This document shows positions 11,590 through 23,900 of a stretch of DNA of 64,000 nucleotides, piece after piece. Source of the DNA: Hemiscyllium ocellatum (Eukaryota); assembly GCF_020745735.1 (NCBI RefSeq), contig NC_083409.1, forward strand, positions 9,289,534 through 9,353,533. Direction: 5' to 3'. Made by a program: the position numbers and the translations under genes. Each line of letters opens with the position of its first letter. Position 1 is the first letter of the stretch. A model generated the notes under the pieces. That model did no database searches and was not told the origin of the DNA. It saw only the letters and a list, made by a program, of their open reading frames with translations.

Positions 11590-13950
11590 CTCTTCAGGAG
11601 TCGACATTTCAGGACTCAGGGTGGGTGTTGGGGGAGCTGTGTGGTGAGGTGGGGATAGGTTGAGAAAGGTAGAGAGTATGACCTGATTGGTTGATGGGAG
11701 AGATGAATCTGGATGGCGTTATCGCGAATAATATGAAATTGAGTAATTTTGGTGTGGGGAGGGGCAGCTGACAGGGATGTTCCCTGTTGCCCCTACTGTT
11801 TACCTTGGTACTTGAACCACTGGCAGGGACTGTCTGAAAAGACCCTGAAATAATGGCACCGAAGGTGGGAGGTGGGGAAACAAAAATCATTCTCTACACG
11901 GACAATGTCCTCTTGTTTTTAGCTAACTCTGAAAAGTCCATACCCTGGCTAATAAAAAAAATTAAATTATTCATCAACCTTTCAGGATACAGCATAAATT
12001 TTCCAAAATCGGAAGTCCTGCCTGTGGGAGATTGGTGCAGGTACTGAAACTGGAGGACGGAATGGAGTTTCCTTTTAGATGGTCACAGAAAGGTTTTCCC
12101 TATCTGGGAATTTTTATTACCCCTCACTTCCCGCAACTGTATGGAGCTAACCTTATGTCGCTGTTTGAGAGGGTAAAGCAGGACTTGCAGCGATGGGAGG
12201 GAATACCCAGATCATGGCTCAGCCGTATAGCCTTGATTAAAGTGAATGTTGTTCCTTGGTGGTTCTATCCTGTGAGGATGCTCCCTTTGTTATTACCCAA
12301 CCAGGTGCTGCGGAGGTTTGTGGGATGGCTTGGGTCATTTATTTTGCGCTGTCGGTGCAATTTAATTAAATTTACCAAATTGCAACTTCCGCAGGATATG
12401 GAGGGTGGGCGGTGGACCTCCCAGATCTGAAGAGTATCAAAGCAGCACCCTGTTGCTATATGTAGGTGAATGGGTGCGTAATGACTCAAAGTCGATGTGG
12501 CTTGATGCAGAGGCCTCGCAGGTGAGATGTCCCTTTAGAAACTTACTGTTCATGGATAAGATGAGATCGGTAGGTGCGCATTGTGAAAGTCTGATTATCA
12601 TAAATACGGTAAAGCATGGAGGATAATGCGGCAAGGTGGGGGCAATTTGTAGTTCACCCCGTTAGTGGGAGCCCCAGGATTTAAACTGGGATCAAATGAC
12701 TCCAGCTTCAGAGCATGGGAGCGTAATCGAATCCCCTGTCTGGGAGATTTATTTGAGGGAGGGGTCTTGATGTTTTTTCGCAAATTAGGTCAGAAATACA
12801 AAATCCCTAATTGGGATCTTTTCCGATATTTCCAGGTTAGGGATTACATACAGAAGAAGACTACGTTCTTGACCCAGCCCAACAAGTCGGATATAGAATG
12901 AAGAGTGCTCCGATGAGGGGGCACTCTTTCAGTTAGTACCACATATCATCTGCAGAGAGGGAATGCCTTGGGGGAATTGGAGAGAGTCAGGGAGATTTGG
13001 AATCAGGAGTTAAGGGAAGAAATCTCATCGGAAATGTAGGATGATTAATGAGGGAATGTAAAGAAAATTTCAATCTACAATAAGGCACAAGCAATGCAAT
13101 TGAAGATCCTCCCCAGGACCCAAATGGAGCCAGAGAGGTTAGCAAAGTTTAAGAAAGGGTCTTCCCCGAAATGTCCCAAATGTAAAAACAGTATTGACAT
13201 CCTTACACATTGCTTTTGGTCCTGTTACAAGATCTGTGGATCGGGGGGGGGGGGCGGGGGGGGGGCCAAAGTGAATGAGCTGGAGACAATCCTGGGAATG
13301 GAAGTTTGGGAGGATCTGGTGTCTCTCCTTTTGGGAACGACCGAAACTTCCCTCTTTGGGTGAGCACGGGAAGAGGTTATTCAACATTCTTTCACATTGT
13401 GTGAGGAAGGACATCCTAATGAATTGAATATCAGCAAAGCCTCCAGGTCTTTCAAGGTGGCACAGACTTGTGATGGAGCACGTCCCTCAAGATTACCTGA
13501 CAGTATGGGGCACCACGGAATGGAGCAATTTTATAAGACATGGCGGCCCTTTCTAATTTACATCAACATGGATCTGTCGGCAGTACTGATTAGGGCCTTT
13601 ATAGAGGCACGAGGGCTGTATGTGGTGGTCCGGGGATCACGGGGATTTGGTGGGTGGGAGGAGGGTGTGGTCTCATAAATACGGGTATAATCACTGTTGC
13701 TCCTGTGGACGGGAGCTTTGATGGAGAGTGCGGCGAGTGGAGTCATGTAATATAGTACAATGCAGTGCAATTTAATTTTAATGGATTGTACTTAAATTTA
13801 GTGTTATTTTATTTAATTTGAGTTTGTGCTGATTTGTTTTAATTTAAGCAAATATGAGACAACTGTATCTTGAACAGTAGCCGGCGGTTTATTCACATTA
13901 CTGTATTATAATATAATATTTTTTCAATAAATATTGACTTAAAAAAGAGG
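11590..13950 (+). mobile_element. L1-clade LINE, 5'-truncated, disrupted ORF2
   Basis: RT motifs GRGS*QGCSLLPLLFTLVLEPLA and LYTDNVLLFL; FPYLGI; C-terminal CPKC...HCFWSC knuckle; AT-rich 3' UTR ending aataaa/A-rich. Confidence 0.88.
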
Positions 13951-14044
13951 AACATTCGAGAAAATTAACAGACAGAAGCACCATGCAATAGAAATGATCA
14001 AGAGTGGTGAGAAAGGAGGGAGAAAAAGAGATTCCTGTAGTATG

Positions 14045-14075
<31 letters not shown>

Positions 14076-14106
14076 CAAAAGAGAATGAGAGAGAGAGAGA
14101 GAGAGA
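14045..14106. repeat. Interrupted (GA)n microsatellite
   Basis: gagagagagagagagagagagggggagagagcaaaagagaatgagagagagagagagagagag. Confidence 0.9.
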
Positions 14107-14809
14107 GTTCTGAAGAAGTTCTGAATTAGTGCAAGTGATCTCAAAAGCTGCTCAAGGTTTGCAGCGTTTTTTCTGAAAATGAACATCACAAATACAGTCC
14201 ATTTACATGAATAAAAATCTGAAATAATTTAAAACCAAAAAATAAAATCAAGACTTATAATGAAGTAAGTGCAAGTATTTAAAATCCTCAATACTTCTGC
14301 CTTCCACTTCAGTCATGCAGATATAATCCTCCTCACTCAGAGGGAGTATTCAGTGTCTGGTATCAGCCATTGTTCAGAGTCTCAGAGCTAACATACACCA
14401 AACACATATCATCGCACCACTAGATATACTTTTTAAAAAGGTAAACGTAGGTGTAAATACAAAAACAAAATTAAATGTGCAATCTTCTTTGAATTCAAGT
14501 CCATGCTGCAGTTTGGATAAATAAATGGGATCTGGTTGTATATAAATAGGTCAGGAGAAAGGTTGGCACTTCTGGTATCCACATCCTGCCAATCGGCTGA
14601 CTCCAGTAAGGATCGATATCCCAAACCACCTACTTATTGAGGAAATTTTATGCCAGATGTCAAAACTCAATCAGAGAGAGGAGTTTAGAGGCCGAGGTGG
14701 ATTCTCTTCTGCTCGGGGCATGAGGTTTGGTTTTTTTCTGGAGTCCATAAGTTGACCGATGGCATGGCCCATGTTAGGATAACATGAGTTTTAACTGTTG
14801 CCCCTGAAT

Positions 14810-14938
14810 CTAATTCAGTACATTTATTGTGTCTTTTATCAGAACTTCAAAAATATAATCTGCCAACTGCATCTTCACACAAAGCTCATCCTCATCATAA
14901 TTCACCCATTGGGCTTCCTCCTCATAAAGCTCTTGAAC
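14810..14938 (-). CDS. CEP350: CEP350-like terminal exon (VQELYEEEAQWVNYDEDELCVKMQLADYIFEVLIKDTINVLN*)
   Basis: ttttttctggcag acceptor; not in the ORF track, read manually; TAG at 14812-14810; the frame continues IQGQQLKLMLS to TAA at 14776-14774. Confidence 0.92.
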   Translation of the reverse strand, partial: VQELYEEEAQWVNYDEDELCVKMQLADYIFEVLIKDTINVLN

Positions 14939-17900
14939 CTGCCAGAAAAAAAACAGAGGGGGTGTTATTGTTTTTATATCAATATTTATTTGTTACAGCT
15001 CTTTCCTCTCGTACTGAGCAGCGTTTGCCCTGAAATCACTCAGACTACAGGCCTCCCACTTTCCTTGTGTCCAGTATCACACAAGTGGCCATTCCCACAC
15101 AGCAAGTGGAGCTTGGACAGGAGTCCTGGAGGGCTCGCTGTGAGATCAATGGAGAGTCACTAGTTATTCTTGTACAAAACAATACCAAGGCTGAGAAGGT
15201 TAAGGACTGGCTACATAAATTAGGTCTGACCTGAATATTTCCAGCATTTTTTACTTTTATTTGATAAACGAGGCCTGCATTCTCTTGAGTAAAGATGACT
15301 AGGGGATGGATCTATAGAAGTGACTGAGATGATTAAACGATTTGACAGCGAAGGAAGTGAGAAACTAGTTCCTTTGGCGAGGCATGCCAGAAATAGGGCA
15401 TGCAGGAAAATAAGACTTAGGTTGATTAGGGGAATGATGTGAAGAAGCCTTTTGCCACACAAACAATACTAAAATAATCTGGTTCCTTCCAGCCTTAAAA
15501 ACTATTGTGACTGTTACAGCATTTCAATACGAGTGTTGACAGATATTTGTAAGGTCAAATAACAGTTCGGAAAAATTAGGAGATCAATATACAGAGGTAG
15601 ATACAAATCAGCTATGATTATGAGTACGAGAACAGACTGAAGGGTGCTGCTGGCTTAATCCTGTTCCTACCTGGTTTTGAATTTGATTCCAATGCCACAA
15701 CTCCTCAAACCAGTGAGATCAATCACCAATATTGCCAGTAACATAATAAACGAGTGGAGATGTTTTACTCAGTATGCACAACCAGAAAGGAATACCCACC
15801 ACAAGGAAAGAGCTGGTGAGTGTAACTGAATTACACGTTATAACTTTAGGCTGGCCCTCTGCCCTGGTGTAGCTGTGGCCTGACGGTATCACTACTTGAG
15901 CTGGTGCAGAGCAGAGACTTCCAACCCTTGCCTAATGGACGCACACTATCAGCTGGAAATGTTTGATCCAAAGAGGGAAAAAAAGCAATGATTTGAAATT
16001 TTTGGCATACCAAGCACCCAATTTTTTAAAACTTCAGTGTTGGGATGCATGTTGCCCCACCCCCCACCCCCACCATTTCTCTTTGGAAAGATATTTGTCT
16101 TGAAGTGCTACAGCCTGCGTGTTGAAGGTACTCCCACAGCACTGCAAGCTCAGGGATTCCAGGAGATTAACCATGTAAATATAAAAGGAAAGGTGATATC
16201 TGACCAAGTCAAGGTGGTGGTGTGGCCTGAAGATAACGGTATTCTTACAGACCCTGTTAAACTCATCAATCTGCTGACACATGTTGTGCTGTGACACACC
16301 AACACATGGGGAGGACTGGAAAGGTCTGCAAAAACTGTCTTCTAATTTTTCTATACTTTTGATTTTGGACTCAAATGGGGATAAAGCAATTTTAAAACCC
16401 AAGGATTGTTCAGGGATTGCTGGCACTTTTCAGTAGCAAGTTCCCTGACACACACTAAGTGCTAGTCACTTTCAGACAAGTTCAGCCAAGGGCTGTGTTC
16501 AATGGGAGCTTCAGTCAATAGTAAGTAGCTAACTAGTCACTAGGCCACAGACAAATATCCTTCGGACAAAAACAGAGATTGGCTCCCAGGTAACTGATCA
16601 GCCGAGGCTGTATACAAGTGAATTGAGAAATCACCAGATCTCCACAAGTTGAGGATCTGTCTCCGCAGTGAAAAGTCTGAAGAAAACCAGCTTCTTTTCC
16701 CTTCAGCACTTGCTGTAAGCTGTGGCTATTAATTGATAAGTTACAGACTTGTACACATGTGAACTAGTCACCCTGTGCCTCCTGAAAACAAATGGAAGCA
16801 TCTGGAGAAGGAAGATCAAGGAACAGCATTCTGATCAGCACAAGGATTATCTCAAGAAAAGCGATCAATAGGTACCATGGAAGTACGTTCCCAGTCTTTC
16901 TCTTTATGCAAAACACCCAGTGCACTTTGTCCCTGTTTTTCTATCTGTGTATGTGTAATGAGGAATGCATGTGGGAGGGGTTGTTAGTTTTAGTTAGTAG
17001 TTATATGTCAGTGGTTGGTAATTATTTGCATTTTTTGTAACAAACTGTAACTCTTGTTAAGCAAAGAACCCTGACTGTACTTTCTGTAAAACTGGGTCTA
17101 AAAGACAGGTAAGTGAGGAACTAAAAGAGAAAATGCTGGACAACCTCAGCAGGTCTGGCAGCATCTGTAAGGAGAGAAAAGAGCTGACATTTCGAGTCTA
17201 ACTGACTCTTTTCTCTCCTTACAGATGCTGCCAGACCTACTGAGATTTTCCAGCATTTTCTCTTCTGGTTTCAGATTCCTGCATCTGCAGTAATTTGCTT
17301 TCATTAGGTGAGTGAGGAATTCAATGTACTTCTGAATTTCTTTGAAACTTTTGTGGCAACTAATGAATTTCAGCAAATTACTCCAGTGAGGGCCAAGTTT
17401 TCAATTCAGTCAGAAAGTTGAAGCATTTTCTGGACAAATGCAGGATAGCCAGACAGGTCAGCCAAAGACAGATAAAGCCTTTGTCATTTAAAATAATAGA
17501 AAATTCAGATGTACAATGAGGTTTCGTAATTGTGATACAATGGTACAATATAAAACTGAACAGTTCCTAAACTGAAGCACCTACCAAAATATGGTCCACC
17601 CGATCACGTTGTTTGGTGCCAAATTTCTTCAACTTCTGCCAAGCTGTCTTCTGATGTTGCTCTTCATTCAACCCAAATAACTTCAAAACTTCATTAGAAA
17701 TGAAGATCTGTGGGTAGAAGCACAGGAGAAATGGCAGCTGTTGCACACACCCTAAATACACAGACAAACCCACTCCCAATCCATGATTCTTCCCTAAATC
17801 TGCTCAACAAAGACTTTGATGCTTCGACCTTCTGATTCTTCCCCCATTCAGAATTATGTAAAATTGGATGGAACTCAAAGCATGTTCAATGAAACAAAAA

Positions 17901-20900
17901 TCTGCTAAATGCTTTAAAACTTAATTATAACTGAAATGAATAACATTAGTGAGATCCAAAAGCACAGACAATACAACTTTAAGGTAACATGCGATGCTCC
18001 CAAATTGAAAGAAGGTTTGAAATGTTCCTTTGCCTAAGACCTTGGCTGAGAAATGATGAATTATTCACTGCATTACATGGTTCAGCACTTTGCCTACAGC
18101 ATCTTCGAAGAAGCCTCTGCTTCGTCAAATTCCAAAAATGTTCTGCCTTTAATCGTCTGTAGGCAGCCAACTGAAGATCAGCGCTGTGGGAAGTCTCACA
18201 ATAAATATTGGGGCTGACATGGATTCATACAGCGCTCCCAGCATTTCAGGATGGTCAAATCATTCTCAATTTAACAGATGAGTGCTTCAAAGCTATATGA
18301 CCTAGCCACTGACCACTGCCTCACATGGCTCCAGGCAGGAAGATTTTGATAGGTTTCTCGGCTAACACCATCAAAGGCAAGTAACATGCACAGAAATGTT
18401 GGTGTGCGAAACAGTTCAGACTGAAGATACATTTGAGTCGAGTTATAAAGACAAAGCAAAGGAAATGAACAGTTCCAAATTTGCTGTGTGGATGAAAAGC
18501 TGATTTACACATGCCCATTCTCAGTCCCTGGCAAAGTGCAACACTTCACAAACTGTGCACAAAGGGAAGTCAGACAATGAGTAGGTTGATGTCGACTTTA
18601 GACTGTGGTAAAAAGTTCACATTGCAGTGTTGCAAGTCTGCGCTACTGGAAGGAGTCATCCAGTGTACACTTCAATGTCAGTGCCACAAGAAAAGAGAAG
18701 TTGCATTGTTGCAATAGTAAAGAACTTGGTCTTCGTGCTGGACAATACTTTGTAACCAATGCTCAAGTCACCCACCTTAACCTCAAACTGTCAAAAACAG
18801 CATATCACTTATCTCACTTGTACCATGTTGTTCCCAACCTTTGAAGTACAGCCACTATTATAATATCATCAAAAGCTGCAACAAACTTTCACACAGCAAG
18901 TTCCCACAAATTAGAGAAATGGTTCAGTAAACGTTTAGCCATAATGACTCATGATTGACCAGGTCCATGAGGGAGAACTTCACTCCTCTTCAAAGTAGCA
19001 CTAAAAATCTTTTTAAAAAAAACTCACCCAAGGGGGAAAATGGGGCCTCACTTTGAAAACAATACTTCAGTACTGCACCAGGACTGTCATCCAGGACTTC
19101 ACTTCAGCGTTTGCTTAATCCCCTCTGCTGACTGAGGAAGAGTGCCACTGAGCCATAGCTAACACTCAGAGCTATTACATTGTGTCTCCAGTTTGGAGTA
19201 AAATGAGCTTCCTCGAGGATCAAAATAAAATGGGTATCCTCAGTTCCTGACCTTACTTCCATCATAAGGTCAGAAGTGCGGATGGTTGCACAATATTCAG
19301 TACCATTCATAGACTGTTTCAATATCTGAGGAGTTATGTTCAAAGGCAACAAGATCTGGACAATATGTAGGTTTGGACTGGCAAGAGGCAAATAGTATTC
19401 GGACCAAAACTGCCAGTCAATGACCATTCCCAGTAGGAGGCCTGTGACCAGTGGTGTGCCACAAGGATCGGTGCTGGGTTCACTGCATTTCGTCAATTAC
19501 ATAAATGATTTGGATGTGAACATGGAACATAGTATGGTTAGTAATTTTGCAGATAACACCAAAATTGAAGGTGCAGTGGACAGTGAAGAAGGTTCAGAAT
19601 ACAACAGGATCTTGTTCAGATGGGCTGAGGAGTGGCAGATGAAGTTTAGTTTACATAAATGTGAGGTGCTGCATTTTGGAAAGGCAAATAAGGGCAGGAC
19701 TTATACACTCAATGGTAAAGTCCTGGGGAGTGTTGCTGAGCAAAGAGACCTTGGAGTGCAGGTTCATAGTTCCTTGAAAGTGGAGTCACAAGTAAACAGG
19801 ATAGTGAAGGTGGTGTTTGGTATGTTTGCCTTTATTGGTCAGAGCATTGAGTACAGGAGTTGGGAGGTCATGTTGCAGCTGAATAAGACACTGATCAGGC
19901 CTCTTTTAGAATATTCTGTGCAATTCTGGACTCCCTGCTCTTGGAAGGATGTTGTGAATCTTGAAAGGGTTATGCAAAGATTTACAAGGGTGTTGCCTGG
20001 GTGGGGGGGTTCTGGTATAGGAAGAGAATGAATTGGTTGGGGTTACATTCCCTGGAGCACCAGAGGCTGAGAGGCGGCTGTGAAAAGATTTATAAAATTA
20101 TGAGTGGTATGGACAGGGTAAATAGACAAGTCTTTTCCCTGGTGCAGGCAATGCCAAAAATAGAGGGCAGAGGTGAGAGGGAAACATTTAAAAGGTACGT
20201 AACAGGTAACTGTTTCATGCAGGGGGTGGTGTGTACATGGAATGGGTTGCCAGAGGAAGTGGAGGCAGCTGGCATAATGGCGATATTTAAAAGGCATCTG
20301 GTGGTGTATATGAATAGGAAGGGTTAAAGAGGAAATGGACCAAATGCTGGCAAATGGGACTCGATTTTATTTCGGATAACTGGTCTGTATGGACAAGTTG
20401 AACCGAAGGGTCTGTTTCTGAGCTGTCCATCTCTACGACTCTAAGAGACAATTTAACCAATGGCCCTTGACAACCAATGGTATTACCATAACTGAATCTT
20501 CCACAATGAACATCATGGGGGTTATCATGGACCAGAAACTCATTTGGACTCATTATATAAATACTTTGGGCTACAAGGGCAGGTCAGAGGCTTGGAATAC
20601 TGGGGTGTATAACTCACTTCCTAATTTCCCATTGCAAATCCACTGAGTACAGAGCACAAGTCAGGAGTCTGATGGAATACGCCCCACTTGCCTGAATGAG
20701 TGCAGCTCCAGTAACACACAAAAAGGTCGCCACATCCAAGGCAAAGGAGCCCACTTGATTGGCACCACATCCGCAAGCAGCCATGCCCTCCACCACACTC
20801 CACTCAGTAGCAGCAGTGTGTACAAACTACAAGATGCATTGCAGAAATTCAGAGATCTTTAGCCAGATCCTCCCAAATCTGTGACCATTTAGATCAAGAA

Positions 20901-23900
20901 GGACACGAGCAGCAGACCGCCACCTGCAAGTTCCCCTCCAAGCCACTCACCATTCTGACTTCGAAAAATATAATTGTTTCTTCAGGATTGCTGTATCAAA
21001 TTCTGGGAATTCCCTCCTGAAGGGCATTGTGGGTCTACCTACAGCTCATGGACGGCAGTGGTTATAAAAGACAGCTTACCAGGTTCTCAAAAGCAACTAG
21101 GATCGGTCAATAAATGCTGGCCAGCCGGCGATGCCCAGACCCTCTGAGTCATTTAAAAAATGGTCATTGAGGAGTTTAGAATTAAAATGGAGTTCCTTGG
21201 TACTCAATGAGCATAGAGGAATTTTTTTTTTCATTCATGAAATGTGGATGTCACTGGCTGGCCAGCCCTTATTGCCCCTTCCTGGTTGTCTTTGAGAAAA
21301 TGGTGCTGAGCTAGACCCACAATCTCATTAGGGAGGGACTTCCAAGAAGCAGTGACAGATTTCCAAGTCAGGATAGTGACCACTGTTTACAAGTTGAGTC
21401 ACTCACTTACTCAATCTACATACTTTAACTCCAACCAGCATCACATTTGTCACATTATTACTGACAAATAGGAAAAAAGGATTACATGGAGTTATTACCT
21501 TCACTTCATTTAAATTCTGTGGGTTCCTCGCTCGTTTGAAGAACAAAGAGCTAATTCGGCTTGGCTTCATCCACGGGGCTGGGCTGGCATGGAGGTCGTC
21601 AGAAAAGATGTCAGCAAAGATTTCCCTTGTCACATTAAAGATAAGCTGGAAGTAGTAAAAGAGTAACAAAGAAAATATTATATTAGATACGTCCTCTCCA
21701 CCCAAAAAAAAAGCTTGTTAGATCACGACAGTGAAAATAAAAGGGAATACTGTTCAAAATATATAAAATAACAACTGTTTGATTCACGATCTGAATCAAG
21801 GATAAATTTAGAATTTCATTGATTCCAGTAGAGAAGGCAAAAGAGAGATGACAGAAGGGGTTTAAAAGGATTGCAGAACTACCAAGGCTAGGTGCAGATG
21901 TATTAGACAAGATTACCTACATAATACTGAGGAAGGCACCACAACATAAAAGGAGGCAAATCTTTGAAACAAAATGAATGACATCTGTGGGACATGCTGT
22001 AAATAGAAAACAAACTATCATGGCTCCAATTATTACCTCCTAAAATTCGACCAGAGGGTTGGAGGGCAGCTAACTCCTCATTCAATAAGAAGAAAAACAG
22101 GAATTTCTCAATCAGTTAGTTTTGTGTCATTTGTTGGTAAATTAAGAGTTAACAACATGGAGTGAAAGACGAGCAGTTAAAGAGACAATAGCAATTAGCA
22201 TGAATTTCTAATTAGCAGGTTGTGAACTAGCAAGCGATTTGACAAGGCTGTATTAGTAAAGGAGCAGATTAGTGGGAAAAAAGTGTACATGGTTGACATG
22301 GATTTTCAGAAAGTATTTCAAGTAGTTACCTCTGAGAAGACCAAAGGCAAAACTCAGGGGCACCTCAAATGAAGGGGAGCACAGTCAAGTGAATAGAGGT
22401 AGTTGGGAAAATGCAGGTCAGGGGAAAATAAAGATTTCACACAAGAAAGGTGTGGAGAATGGAAGGGGTCCACAGGAGCCCATACTCAGATTGTCCTTAA
22501 TTGTTATCGTAATAAACATAATCTTGACTTGGGAATTTAAGAGAAAGGAATCAAATGATTCCAACTTGGGTTGAAGGGACAGAGATGGAACTATACTGCA
22601 GTGACAGTTACAGAAGAATATTTACCGGAAGATGGAATTGAAGTTAAGAGTGGGATGAAGTAATACATCGTGTGGATAAGAAAAGGAATTACACCTGAAA
22701 TGGTAAGATCCTAATCAGATGAGAGCAAAGGCCACATAGACACAAACAATTACAGCCACGTTAAGCTGCATAAGATCTTAGAATACTTTGGTCAACTTTG
22801 GGAATCTCAACATCGTGCAATTTCTCAAGATGTTATCAGGAAAAGAGGTACAGACATGATCACAGATTGAGAAGTTCAACTTCTCAGGCTTTCTTTATCT
22901 GAAAGTTACGGAATGACCTGTGATTCTAGCTTCTAGATCAAGATTCTAGAGAGTTTTAAGAAGGTGAATAATAATCAAATATTGTATTATCAACCAATGG
23001 AAACAGCAATAGAAAGACAGAAACGATAGAGAAGAATTTGAAAAAAAAACACTGAGTGGCTGGAAGGGACACTATATATTATGTAAATAGAAACGGAATC
23101 TACAGATTCTCAGACTGGGCAAAGTTATGACAGATGGGATTTAACGGATAATAGTATGATGATGATGATGAGGATGATAAATTAATAATGGGAGAGTACA
23201 AACAGTGGAGGAGAAAGGGGCTTTGGATTTTTAGGGAAGGGGTAAAATGGTAAATTGAATTCAATGCAGTCATCAGGATCGAGATAATGTTTTTAACATG
23301 CTCTGTTATACATATCATCAATCAGAGCTGCAATGGAGCACTCTTAACCCATACGTTTCTTGCTTAACAAAGAAAAAATAATTTGGTTTTCAAATGCAAA
23401 ATCTGGGTCTCACCTCACAATAAGCTCTTCTGCTGACACTCTCATCATCCTTCCATTTAGAATTCACAAAGTCTGGGGGTATTTGCAAATCCCCCAAATC
23501 ATGGCCAAGTTCCTGCCATTTGTACAGCTCCTCAGCCGCTCCATGAACCAGTGTCACAATCTCGACTGCATCTTCAGCAAAAGCAAAGTTAATTTCCCCT
23601 TGGATTTTTCGGGGCACATCTTTTCGGGACTGGGGCTCCTGCACTGGGCTGCCCTGTTGCAAAGTACACATACTGTTGGTCAATCTAGATACTGAAGGTC
23701 AGGACCAAAAATGATGGAATTCATTTCAAAACATTAATGAACAATACATGGTTTTAATAAACTGTGAAATCAAAGCATGAAAACAGGAGACAAACAAACG
23801 ACAACCTTTGTTTTATATCTCAGAATATGTCTGACAAATCAGACACAGGCTGGAATTCATTTCCAATTTATTCTCAGCCATGTAATGAAAGTCAAGGTTT

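Noticed and set aside
13243-13265. G22 tract encoding poly-Gly
   Set aside because: Homopolymer expansion within a dead L1 ORF2; possibly affected by sequencing error
18480-18720. C2H2 zinc-finger or hAT remnant (DCGKKFT, LRYWKE)
   Set aside because: Motifs are isolated, in different frames and lack the conserved His spacing or the rest of the domain
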